From Octopus bimaculoides (lineage: Eukaryota): 64,000 nucleotides of DNA. This document shows, piece by piece, positions 1 through 12,580 of the stretch. The position numbers were made by a program, and so were the translations under genes. The stretch spans positions 28,494,840-28,558,839 of the forward strand of contig NC_068984.1 in assembly GCF_001194135.2 (NCBI RefSeq). The letters run 5' to 3'. A model generated the notes under the pieces. It saw nothing but the letters and a program-made list of their open reading frames with translations, did not search any database and was not told the origin of the DNA. Positions within the stretch are counted from its first letter, which is position 1, and each line of letters opens with the position of its first letter.

Positions 1-224
1 AAAACATTTTACATCAAATCTCAGCTTTGACTTAACAACAACAGAAAATATTTACTACACAAGATTGTTATTAATAAGAATGGAATGATTCTTGAAGAAA
101 TGTCTGAAACAAAGGTGAAATAGTTATTTCTGTTCACATCACTTCTATTAAAGATATTCCATTCTTATCAATAACAATCTTGCATGCAGTACACCAACAC
201 ATTACATTTGTGAATAGATATATC

Positions 225-310
225 ATCATAATTTAATGTTCGTTGTCCATGCTGGCATGGGTTGGACAGTTTTACTGGGCTGGTACACTGGAAGGCTGCA
301 CCAAACTCCA
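225..310 (-). mobile_element. Decayed RTE 3'-end fragment
   Basis: catcataatttaatgttcgttgtccatgctggcatgggttggacag matches the family tail. Confidence 0.6.
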
Positions 311-1593
311 ATATAAATGTGTACTTATATACATAAAAATACAAATATATCTGAGTGCATCTAGGTATCTTTGGATTAACACTACTTGGGCAGTAATAAG
401 ATTTGTTAAAGTCACAATTAAACGAGATGTGCTGCATTTCAATGGCTTGATGTGCAAAGATCATCTTGATGCTAAATCTTATTTTTCCTAATTAAGATGT
501 ATCCACTGGTCTTCGCACATCAAACTACTGAAATGCAGAACATATTGTTTATCTGTGACTTCAACAAATGTTACTGCCACCCAAGTGCTGTCAATTTGAA
601 GATTTTCAACCCTCACTCCACACAAACATATAGACGATGGGCTTCCATATAAATTCTGCCCACGCTTGTTTGCTCAAGACACACAAAGAAATTGTGAGGT
701 GAACTTTTTAACCCCACAAGAAGATAGATGTTTTCGTATAGTTATGCTTCATCAGTTATTCACACTGAATCCATTACTTATAGCTTACTAAGAAGTGCTA
801 TTTTTATGTGTAAATGGCAAATGGTAAATTTGCTGACATGTGCAAAGGTTTGGCAAGTCTAATGATGTCACTGATTGCCTATCCTAATGTGTTGTTACAT
901 ACATTGTCTACAAAGAAAATTCCTCCTCCAAGACAGTTAATGCAATGAAGATATTTTCAATTTCCAGTGTGTATGAAACTGTATACACATAATTATTTTA
1001 ATCATTGTTGTTAAGAGAGTTTTAATTGATCAATTACAACTTGAAAAAGCATTGCACATGCCAGCAAATCTAGTTTTTGCAGTTTTTAGTGGGATATGAA
1101 TAATGGATTCCGTGCCTGTGATTGATGAAGTCTACTCAGAAACATAGGTTTTACACTCCAATGACATTATTCCTAGTGCAGCTCAGAGTATTTTCATATA
1201 CACTGTCTGTGAGGAGGATACCCCACCCCCAGTGACAGTTATTGCAGTGAAGATCTTTCTGAGATTGCATGTACATGTGATGTTAAAATACAAATGTACA
1301 TAGCTTAATTTTAACCATTGCTGCTTAGTGAGCCTTTAATTAATATATAATACTGAAATAAAAAAGATAATCTCCATAGAATCTTGGTTATTAATTCTAA
1401 CCAACTATAAGACATATTATACCAATTTTCTTAGATAGCTGAATGATAATAACCAATGATACTTTGAAATTGACTGGTTAGAATTTAAAAGAGTATTCAT
1501 TTTTAAAAACTCTGAAGGCCTATGTTAATATTGATGAAACAAACTTACAGTATTTTTACCTATGTTTGATTAATTATATTAGTAGACTACCAC

Positions 1594-1796
1594 CTGACTG
1601 GCCTTCGTGAGGGTGACATGTAAAAGCACCCACTACACTCTGAGTGGTTGGCGTTAGGAAGGGCATCCAGCTGTAGAAACTCTGCCAAATCAGATTGGAG
1701 CCTGGTGTAGCCATCTGGTTTCACCAGTCCTCAGTCAAATCGTCCAACCCATGCTAGCATGGGAAGTGGACGTTAAACGATAATGATGATGATGAC
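1594..1796 (+). mobile_element. Short RTE 3'-end fragment with (GAT)n tail
   Basis: Near-identical to 44605-44790. Confidence 0.85.
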
Positions 1797-3124
1797 TTTC
1801 TTAGATAACATCAAACTAACTGTGCTAAAGTGCTCCTTCAAAAATGTCAAATATTTATTCTCTTCCTAACAGTCAAAATGTTTCAGTTTTTGTATTCATT
1901 AGCTTGGAGTAGGGCTTGTATGTTTGCTTTTACCCCTTCAAGATAGACTATTATTTACCATCATCCATCTTGTTACTTTAATAACCATCATTATTAATGT
2001 AGGTTGTGTAGCTTATCTGCTCCGACAAATGTCTCTAATAATACACCAATTTTTAATTTCATTCACACTCAGTTTGCTATTCAATTGCATGTGGTTTCAT
2101 ACCAAGGGCATCATTCATTTCCATTCCATGTCTATAGAAACACATTGATCTTGCTTCCATATGGTAATTAATTCACTCTAAGTCCCAAATAAATATCATA
2201 ACAGACAGGCCATTTAAAATATTGGTTGATTTTAGAGATTCAGCAAAATTTCTCAACAATACAATAAGCAATTATTTATTGGACTATGGCACCTTGAAAC
2301 TAAAATTCAAAATTTATTTCTCTAGCTTTAAACATCTTGCACAGATTTGGAAACTGCTATTTAATCAATGCTGCCTGTATGAATCAGGAAAAAAAAGAGA
2401 CAATGTTTCTTCTTCCCCTCCCTCTTAGTAATCTTAAACCTAAAATCAATTTCTTTCTCTCTCATACAGATTACAAAGTAGATGTAAGCAGATGGAACAC
2501 AAGTAATTATTCCTCTGAATATTATGGTAAGAAAGGAAAAACCAAAAAAAAAAAAAACTAAGTGTTTAGAAAAATATTATTCAAATTATTATTTTAAAAT
2601 TCAAGAAAAATACAAGGAATGTGTTATAGCAATTATAGCTGAAGGGAAATTGTCAGCTGATATGTGATGTATCTTAGTCACTATACACCCAGTTGCACAA
2701 AGACACACTGATGCACACGCACATGCATATTAACACCCACTGTAATAAAAATCAAGTCACAAAATCATATAAACTTTTATATCATATTGCAGTTTGAAGT
2801 TATAAGTTATTCAACTGCAGCAGCCTATGGAGAAACACAGCTGTGTTTGATATAGATTGACTGAGGGAAAATATTATTAGAAATAAAGCTAAAATGGATC
2901 ATGATTTACTTCAATATTGGTCAGACCAATATTTACATTCTTTATTGAAAGTTTGTTGAAATGGATTCATAAATTGGCTTTTAGGTAAAACTCTTCCCAA
3001 TATTTTGGGAGTGAATTTTGTTTCAATAAAGTTGAGCTTTCCACTTATTTAAGATGGTTTCTCTACAAATCTATATAATTCAAGCATTGGCTGAAATGAC
3101 TGAGAATTTTAAGATTATTATCAT

Positions 3125-3780
3125 TATGGCAAAATTGTTAGCCCACAGGGCAAACTGCTTAGTGGTATTTCAGCACCTTTACATTTTGAGTACAAATTCT
3201 GCTGAAGTCAACTTTGCTTTTCATCCTTTTGGGGTTGATAAAATAAATACCAGTTAGGCACTGGGGTCAATGTAATTGACTAACCCCCTTTTCAAACTTG
3301 CTGGTCTTGGGCCAAAATTTGAAATCATCATCATTATTATATTTATTATTATTATTATTTATTTATTAAGGTAGCAAGCTGGCAGAATCATCAGCATGCT
3401 GGATGATATGCTAAGTGGTATTTTGTCCATCAGCATGTTCTAAGTTCATATTCTGCCAAGGTTGACTTTGCCTTTCATCCTTTTGGGGGTTGATAAATAA
3501 AGTACCATTGAAACACTGGGGTCAATGTAACTGACTAGTCCCCTCCCACAAAATTTCAGGCCTTATGCCTATAGTAGAAAGGATTATTATTATTGTTGAT
3601 TTAAAACATTATTACTGTTACTATAAAAGGTAGCAAGCAAGAATGTATTTGTTTCGACTCTTTACATTTTGAGTTCAAATCTCACAGAAGTCAACCTACT
3701 TTTCCCCCTGCCTAGGATAAGTAAAATGAAATACCAGTAAAGTACTGTGGTTGATGGTTTCAACTAACCCACTCCCCTGA
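3125..3780 (+). mobile_element. Three tandem decayed SINE family A copies
   Basis: ctttgcttttcatccttttggggttgataaaata occurs at about 3212 and 3465, with a more decayed version at about 3690. Copies are separated by (ATT)n tails. Confidence 0.75.
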
Positions 3781-6700
3781 ATTCCAGGTGTTGTGTTTCT
3801 ATGTTAGAAAGTAATATTACTATTGTAATGACAATAATAATTTAGAATTAGACTGAATATTAGAGAATGGAAAAACTGTAACAATAATAAATGCAAACTT
3901 ATTCAATTATTCACTGAGAAGTCAAACTTTGAAACAAATGTGGAGATTATATAAGTGATGCATATAACATTTGTTGTCAACTTGTGGGAGGAATAACAAT
4001 AAATTCAAAGAAGTATATAAAAATGAAATAGAAAAAAAAACAATTACAAATAAAAGAAAAGACACATTACCATAGAAAGTTTTAGAGATATTCAAAAGCC
4101 TTTAAAATGGAAAAGTTCTTGAGTTAATTTTTTTAAAGCAGATTTGGATAGAGAAACATATCTTCCTTGGGTACTCTATACAGGCAGCTACTACAACCAG
4201 ATTTGAATCAGTACTAATTTTGCAGTGAGAAAGAGAAAATGTGACTATGTATATAAGTAGCTGAAAAATGAAAACTCAGAAGGATAACATATGATATCAC
4301 AACAAAGTGTGTTTTGAGCTTGATTAGAATCTGTATAGAACATATTGATTATGGTTCTCTTGTTTCTAGCATGTAATGAAAAGGGGCCTGAAAAACCAGC
4401 TTATTATCAAAATACAACAAAATTTATCAAAAGTACAAGAACCTGAAAATTGAAATAATTAATGTGGCATATGAATACAGGCAATACTATTTACAATTGC
4501 TGCTTTATGCATGATAGAAAGGAACATGTACAAGCTTATTGAAATATCCATAAGCTAAAAATAGCATTACTATGCATAGTGCACATTCTGTGCTGAACTT
4601 TCTCAACATAATAACAGAATTTATGATATAGAGTATGCATTTTTATACAAGACTCCAATCTCAATAAAATAATACCTTACAAAAGCCAAAACCAATCAAA
4701 AGAAACAAACAACAAAGCACTGTAAATATAGTTCCAAAACAACTTGCGCAACATAACATCCACTCTAACACAAATGCGATTGACCAAACCACTGGTATTA
4801 GAACTAAAAAATATTGATATCTTATTACCAATTAATAAAGGGTACAGGCCTAAAAGGTTTTTTGATTTACTTGAAATAGAAGCTAAATCTTCAAATTTCA
4901 CTCTGTTATGTTGAAACAATAAGAAAACATATTACATAATATAATCAGGTTGGCAATAACCAAGAAATGGTCTGGTGAAAGAGATGACTTGGTGCTAAAC
5001 AACAACACTGTGATATACCTACAAGGGAAAAGGTGCATGAAATGATGAAATGATATAATAATAATGATTTCATCTGAGAAAGATAGCAAAAATGATATAG
5101 TAATTTCTGATTTAGGCACAAGCTAAGCAAATTTGAAGGAAAGTGAGGTAGTCAGTATCATCAAACCCAGTTTTTGACTGGAAGGATGATAACTGAAGTT
5201 TAACTCAGCAAGATTTGAATCCAGAGCAAATGCCACAAGGTGTATGTCTCAATGATCTAACAATTCTGCCAGCTGCACTCACAAACAACAAAATCTTCAC
5301 TTTGCAGGCATGACCTTCTAGGTTCAATGAGGATAAGTGCAAAACTTTTCTGTAAATAAATAATTCTATATGATAAAATCTTAATTCTCAGTAGTATGCT
5401 ACCTTGTAATATGGGACACTTTAAACCTCTAATTCTCAGGTAGAAGAACATGTGTTGCAACCCTTTGGGTTTGCATATATATATGTGTGTGTGGAAAGTG
5501 GACATTAAATGATGATGATATATACATATACACATAAATACTAGCAAAAACACCCATCCTTTGGACAGTTTAAGTTGTTTTGGTGGTATGTTTTCATCAA
5601 ATAATTGAACTACCGGGAGGGTTTATGAGCCATATGGAAGTCTACGTTTCCGATTAACCTAGGAATGGAAAATCAAATTGAAGGCTGGTTATTGTGGAGG
5701 TTGTTGCACTTTAATGATCATAGAACATATAAGTTTGTAAGCGATGCAAATTGGAGCTACTGAAGTGTTTTGGGAGTAGATTACAAATAATGACTACAAA
5801 ATGTGATTGTTTTACATGAAAGCGAAATTTCTTGTCAGAAACAGCCACATAAATGGTGTACTGAAATTGAAGGAAGACATTGAAACTTCCCCTCTGTGAG
5901 TTTATTTTTTTCAGCAGCAAAGGGAGCTATTTTTTCGGAGAGATAAGCTGACAAAAGCCCCTTTATTCTGTCTTCCTACATAGCCTGCACATAAACTAAC
6001 AGCAAATGCTCATAAATTTAAATTGGTATGGAGCTTTCTGAAAGATACGTACAGCTTTCACCAGTGGAAGCAAAACTCTTATTTAAAGGTTGATTCTTTG
6101 GGACGAATCATATGTGATTGTTTGAAAAAGGCTAGAAAGACAATGTTAAAACATATTTGAAACAATGGACAAGAGTCGAAATATCATGATGGATGGATAA
6201 ATAAGCATCCTTAAAGTGAAACAACGCATTGGGAGGTAAACAAAGGTATCAACAAATAGAAGAGAGGGAAGGGAATATCACTTTTCAAGTAACTCAGAAT
6301 AGATAAAGGTAAGCCTGCCAAAGTTTAATGCAGTTAAATATGGAGATTAAGATTGTTTGTTATTGGATATTCATCATGTACAGTGTTCCTAGTCAATTTA
6401 ATCACCGTGGCAGGTGGATGGTTGAAATAAATAAATAGACAAATCCTTTCACTTTTATATAAGGGAAACAGAGATAGAGATGGAGAGAGAAACTTATAGT
6501 TAGAAAGCAATACAATGGGTCAGGCAGAGACACCTCAATGACAGTGATAAAGATTCAACCGGACTCCAAACACATGTTAATAAAATTTATCATTATATAC
6601 TGGGAAAAGACAGTCTAAAGAAAGAACCTTTGTTTCTCTTCCCTTAGACTTGGCCAGAATAAAACACGACAAAATTCCCCACACTTTATGTACTTACCTT

Positions 6701-7252
6701 AATCCAAAAACTAACCCAAGTAAGCTGTTTTCATACAATGTAAACAAACTTAACATTCAAAAATTTCCTATATTTGATATTTTCAGCAAACTACAAAATT
6801 GCATACAAATGAAACGTTCATTCAAATTCAATATACAGAGCTTGTATTATGAGAGAAATGCAGTTGGATGTAGAGATCTAGTCATATTCACTCAACCATA
6901 TGTTGATCCTTTGACAATGGTTATATTCACTCAACCACATGCTGATCGAACGAAAGACATCTTTTATGTGCAGTACACTGACAGTAATATATTTCAGTCA
7001 GAGACCACCTAAATTTCAGTTAAATCCTATCTAATCACAAGTCTTCAAGGTTCTCTAGGAGCTGAGTTAATCACATGTTAACAAACCAATGCCATCTTGT
7101 AATATAGTTTCTCAGGTAATGTGTGTGAGTGAATATATAAATATAGTTCGAATTGACAGAAAACACGACAAAGACAGGTGAGAGAACAATAACCAGGTGT
7201 ATATGTATATACATTTATATGCATATATATATATACATTTATATGCACACAT

Positions 7253-8549
7253 ATCATCATCATCATCGTCGTTTAACGTCCGCTTTCCATGCTAGCATGG
7301 GTTGGACGATTTGACTGAGGACTGGTGAAACCGGATGGCAACACCAGGCTCCAGTCTGATTTGGCAGAGTTTCTACAGCTGGATGCCCTTCCTAACGCCA
7401 ACCACTCAGAGAGTGTAGTGGGTGCTTTTACGTGTCACCCGCACGAAAACGGCCACGCTTGCAATGGTGTCTTTTATGTGCCACCTGCACAAGCCAGTCC
7501 AGGGGCACTGGCAACGATCTTGCTCGAAAATCCTACAGGAGCCAGTCAGGCGGTACTGGCAACGGCCACGCTCAAAATGGTGCATCTCATGTGCCACCCG
7601 CACNNNNNNNNNNNNNNNNNNNNNNNNNNNNNNNNNNNNNNNNNNNNNNNNNNNNNNNNNNNNNNNNNNNNNNNNNNNNNNNNNNNNNNNNNNNNNNNNN
7701 NNNNNNNNNNNNNNNNNNNNNNNNNNNNNNNNNNNNNNNNNNNNNNNNNNNNNNNNNNNNNNNNNNNNNNNNNNNNNNNNNNNNNNNNNNNNNNNNNNNN
7801 NNNNNNNNNNNNNNNNNNNNNNNNNNNNNNNNNNNNNNNNNNNNNNNNNNNNNNNNNNNNNNNNNNNNNNNNNNNNNNNNNNNNNNNNNNNNNNNNNNNN
7901 NNNNNNNNNNNNNNNNNNNNNNNNNNNNNNNNNNNNNNNNNNNNNNNNNNNNNNNNNNNNNNNNNNNNNNNNNNNNNNNNNNNNNNNNNNNNNNNNNNNN
8001 NNNNNNNNNNNNNNNNNNNNNNNNNNNNNNNNNNNNNNNNNNNNNNNNNNNNNNNNNNNNNNNNNNNNNNNNNNNNNNNNNNNNNNNNNNNNNNNNNNNN
8101 NNNNNNNNNNNNNNNNNNNNNNNNNNNNNNNNNNNNNNNNNNNNNNNNNNNNNNNNNNNNNNNNNNNNNNNNNNNNNNNNNNNNNNNNNNNNNNNNNNNN
8201 NNNNNNNNNNNNNNNNNNNNNNNNNNNNNNNNNNNNNNCACTTTCAGCGCACCCACCCCCACTACTAACTTGGTCGCCCAGATAGCGGAAGCTATCGACT
8301 ACCTCTAGTTTTTCACCCTGGAATGAGATAGAAGTTGTTTCCTGTTTGTTTGCAGTCTTTATTGCACCTGAACATCTGCCACAAACAAAAACTAACTTGC
8401 TAGTTAACCTGCCTTTGATGTTGCTGCACCTCTTATGTGTCCATAGCTTGCACCGGGTACATCTTATAGAGTTACTACCTACTCCTTTTCTACATACTGA
8501 GCAGGGCCATCTACCTGAAGGGGTTTGTGTTTTATCTACCTTCCTACTT
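7253..8549 (-). mobile_element. Young RTE-clade LINE, 5'-truncated copy 1 (contains N gap 7604-8238)
   Basis: Minus-strand frame ...PSGRWPCSVCRKG...LEVVDSFRYLGDQVSSGGGCAES (RT motif 7 YLG). The 3' UTR ends in a (GAT)n tail, seen as CATCAT at 7255-7267. A low-complexity motif atatgtatatacatttatatgca occurs on both flanks (7201-7223, 8561-8583). Confidence 0.9.
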
Positions 8550-8626
8550 ATTATATATATATATGTATATACATTTATATGCATGTATGTGTATATACAT
8601 ATGTGTATGTATGCATGTATATATAT

Positions 8627-8868
8627 TCTTTTATACTATTACTTGTTCCAGTCATTTGATTGCAGCCATGCTAGACCACTGCTTTAAAGGGTTTTAGTCA
8701 AAGAAATTGATCCCAGGACTTATTCTTTGTAAGCCTAGTACTTATTCTATCAGTCTCTTTTGCCAAACCACTACGTTACAGGGATGTAATCACACCAATA
8801 TCAGTTGAGAAATGATGGCAGGGGGACAAACAAAGACACACACACACACACACACACATACATATATG
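8627..8868 (-). mobile_element. SINE family B, 3' half
   Basis: acttgttccagtcatttgattgcagccatgc...gacaaacaaagacacacac. Confidence 0.8.
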
Positions 8869-8869
8869 C

Positions 8870-10115
8870 GGTTCTTGAGGAGACCCACCCACTTCAGCAA
8901 AACTGAGTTCGAGAAGCACTGTGGATTCCACTCACACGTAACAACAATAAAACCTTTTCCACACCCTAATAAACCAAACTACATCTCTCCTCTCCCTCAC
9001 ATTCCCTCTTTTCATGCACTATGCTTATACTTCTCTTGCACTCCAATCCTGTCCGCACTGCTCACTGTATCATCGCTATCCTGTTGTCCCCCCACCATCT
9101 CTATAAGCCCAGGTTTTACCTGTCACTGCATACCCCACCCCCACACTCCTCACATTCATGTGAAGTCTCTACATCCTACTCATGCACCTTAGCAATACCC
9201 TATCATTTATATTCTGACCCTGTATCTTGAGGGCAAGCCCTTCCACTTTGCCACCATTTATCTCTCCTTGGTTATTCTCTACCATTCCATTTATTTTCTG
9301 ATCCCTATTCCTTGTGAGTGTGGAGGTGCAATGGTCCAGTGGTTAGGGCAGCGGACTTGCAGTCAGAGGATCGCAGTTTCGATTCCCAGACCGGGCGTTG
9401 TGTGTGTTCATTGAGCAAAAACACCTAAAGCTCCACGAGGCTCCGGCAGGGGGTGGTGGCGACCCCTGTTTTACTCTTTTACCCCAACTTTTTCTCACTC
9501 TTTCTTCCTGTTTCTTGAGTAAAGCTCCGATGGATTGGCATCCCGTCCAGCTGGGGGGGGGGGGCATATACGTCATAGAAACCAAGGAACCGGGCCCATG
9601 AGCTTGGCTAGGCTTTAAAAAGGGCACATAAGATAAGATTCCTTGAGAGCATGCCCTTGCAAATCGCCACCATTTCTCTTGCTCCTGCTCTATCCCTAAG
9701 ACTGGTCAACTGTGTATCTCCTCTACAGCAACATACCTGTTACTAGCCTCAATCTTGATCTGTCCTCCTTTCTCTTTCTCTCTGATTGAGCAACCAAGTA
9801 TCTCCTCTACAGCAAGACACCTATTTCTGTTTCTCTGTCACATACTAACCTTTCATCATCTGGCACAAGATCACCTCCAATGCCACATCCACTCTCAGAG
9901 GGTCTTTAACTTCGAAGTTACTCTGTCACCCTGCCAGTGCTGGTGCCACATAAAAAGCACTCAGTCCACTCTGTGGAGTGGTTGATGTTAGGAAGGGTAT
10001 CCAGTCATAAAAACAATGCCAAAACAGGTAACGAAGCATGGTGCAGTCTTCTGCCTTGCCAGCTCCTGTCAAACCATCCAACCCATGCCAGCATGGAAAG
10101 CAGACGTTAAATGAT
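8870..10115 (+). mobile_element. Older long-UTR RTE 3' fragment, interrupted by a SINE at 9321-9637
   Basis: Pyrimidine-rich UTR similar to the reverse complement of 46060-46640. Ends in the shared RTE 3' end (ccaacccatgccagcatggaaagcagacgttaaatgatgat). Confidence 0.7.
9321..9637 (+). mobile_element. tRNA-derived SINE, family C (V-domain-like cgatggattggcatcccgtccag)
   Basis: tRNA-like head ggtgcaatggtccagtggttagggcagcggac...gtttcgattccc. Imperfect TSD attccttgtgag (9307-9318) / attccttgagag (9638-9649). Confidence 0.8.
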
Positions 10116-10540
10116 GATATATATGTATTTATATATATACACGTATTTATTTTATATAATGATGTATGCATATGCTTATATATGTACACACATGTGTGTA
10201 TATATACATATATGCATATATATGTATGTGTATATATATATACATATATATATATATATACATACATATTTATACAAGTGGGATTTGTGAATATTTCGTG
10301 GAATTGATAGTAAACCTATTGGGTTATTCCTGAAAACTCTATCCCAAAATCCTGAAAGTGTAGCCTGTGTTATGTCTTTATCAAAAGATAGTAGCTCATC
10401 TGCTATTCATTGGAAAGTGAAGGAAATTGGAATATGATGATTATTTAATGCATTTTACATATATATATATACTTTATATATTTTATACACAATTTTATAG
10501 ACTTAATACACAGTACTCATCAATATATATATACGCACAA

Positions 10541-10935
10541 GGCACAGGAGTGGTTGTGTGGTAAGTAGCTTGCTTACCAACCACATGGTTCTGGGTTCAG
10601 TCCCACTGCGTGGCATCTTGGGCAAGTGTCTTCTACTATAGCCTCAGGCTGACCAAAGCCTTGTGAGTGGATTTGGTAGACGGAAACTGAAAGAAGCCCA
10701 TCGTATATTTGTATATATATATGTGTTTGTGTGTCTGTGTTTGTCCCCCTAGCATTGCTTGACAACCGATGCTGGTGTGTTTATGTCCCCGTCACTTAGC
10801 GGTTCGGCAAAAGAGACCGATAGAATAAGTACTGGGCTTACAAAGAATAAGTCCCGGGGTTGATTTGCTCGACTAAAGGCGGTGCTCCAGCAAGGCCGCA
10901 TTCAAATGACTGAAACAAGTAAAAGAGTAAAAGAA
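10541..10935 (+). mobile_element. Full-length tRNA-derived SINE, family B (CORE-like ACCTTGGGCAAGT, internal microsatellite)
   Basis: A box tggttgtgtgg, B box ggttcagtccc, central (TA)/(TG) tract, and tail aaaagagtaaaag. Reverse complement of 55251-55636. Confidence 0.9.
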
Positions 10936-11759
10936 TACATATATACACATACATACATACAAATTCCCTAGTTATACACACACATTAATAAATATACTAA
11001 TAGGCTTTCACACAATCTCCAACTACCAAATTTCACATGTCAGGCTTTGAGTGATTTAGAAAAATGCCTGCTCAATGGACCACATGGATGCCAGCTTCTT
11101 AACCACACAATTATATTTATATTCAGATAGTCAGTAAAAAATAACATTTGCAAATAAAGGCAGAAAGCTAGTTATCACCGCAAGAAAATTCATATCAAGG
11201 AAAAGGACAAAACAATAACTTTTGCTTACAAACTATCAAATCAAACTTTGGTCAAAAAGATTAATGGCCTTTTTAAAAAAAACATTTTTTTCCAGATGAG
11301 CTGAATGAATGTTAGAAAGTTTTAATAACTAAAGATTGTGGAAGAATAAAAAAAAGAGACTAATTTCCAGAAAATTTGAGCAATGTTCATCAATTATGGA
11401 CAGGCAGTTTTAAATTTGAAAAAATTTAAGGTTTATCAAAAAAGCCATGAATAAAGAGTAAATGAATATATGGAAAATCACAAAAGATGGAAATCTAACA
11501 AAACTAGAATATTCTAAAAGAATTCCCTTGATGCACTTCTCTAACATAGAGTTCTAATTATGATTAATATACTGCATTGGAAACAGATGAAGTCCATATT
11601 GAGTGACAATAAATTTTAGCATCCAAATAATAAGGGAGTTGTATGCAGAGGTTGACAACCAATAAGACACCATAAACATTCAGAAGGAACAATATAATGG
11701 AAATGATGTTAACAAAATATTTTCTCATTTAGTTGGGAACTTTCACATAAGTCAGAATA

Positions 11760-12580
11760 ATGTGCTTAATCCATTTTACATCTGCTTTCCACACTGGCAT
11801 GGTTTGGATGAATAGTCACAGTGCAAGTCAGTCCTTATATGGTGTTACTGATGAGTTGAGAGTACGGACTATGTCTTGGTTATATATTCCATCTTCACAG
11901 TTGTAATGACTGGATGCCCTTCCTAACATCAACTACTGTACTAAGTGCATTTCATTGTGGCACCAGCACTAAAATGGTTGTCTTGTCCTCAGCAAAACTA
12001 AAGGGTCCTCTCTATAGTACATTGCTCTTTTGCTAAGCACTTTACAAAATGTATTAAATGCAGTGTAGTATGACATAAGCACTAAAGATATTGTCTTGTC
12101 CCCAGCAACACTAAAGAATCTTCTGTATTCAACATTATCTGCATTCATTCAATGCAACATGACTGACAAGATGAGTAAAAGAGAAAGAGGGTGATAAAAG
12201 ATAAAAAAACCAAGGTGAGTTAGGGATAGAAGAGTGATTACACTAGGGGGGGGGGTACAAGCAAGAAAGGGGAGTAGAGGAGGTAGTAATAGAAGAGAGA
12301 CAGTGATAGGAAGCTACATTTGGTTGTTAGTAAGGAGAATGAAGAGAAAAACAGCATGAGTAGAATGATGGGGAAAGAGAGACAGGGTGATCGAAAAAAG
12401 AGTAACAGAAAAGAGAAAGAAAGTGTAGTGGGAGAGAGATACTTATATATGTCAACAACAAGTGATACAGAAAGTAATGTGTGGGAGTGATGGATAGGAA
12501 AAAAAGATGGGTGAAGGTGAGAGAGAATGATGTATCTCAGTAAGGATAAGTGATTGTAAGAGAGACTGATGGATGTCAAT
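11760..12580 (-). mobile_element. Highly decayed long-UTR RTE 3' fragment with internal 113-bp duplication
   Basis: ttccacactggcatggtttggat...tggatgcccttcctaac matches the family 3' end. A purine-rich tail region lies at 12180-12580. Confidence 0.55.

Noticed and set aside
7325-8584. Long ORFs of 200-390 aa in the track (also 18780-19407, 43833-44725, 49431-49767)
   Set aside because: Their length comes from N runs translated as X. Only the RTE frame segments are meaningful.
9322-9395. tRNA-like sequences (also 10541, 16977, 25307)
   Set aside because: They continue directly into SINE bodies, have TSDs or tails, and lack a good acceptor stem.
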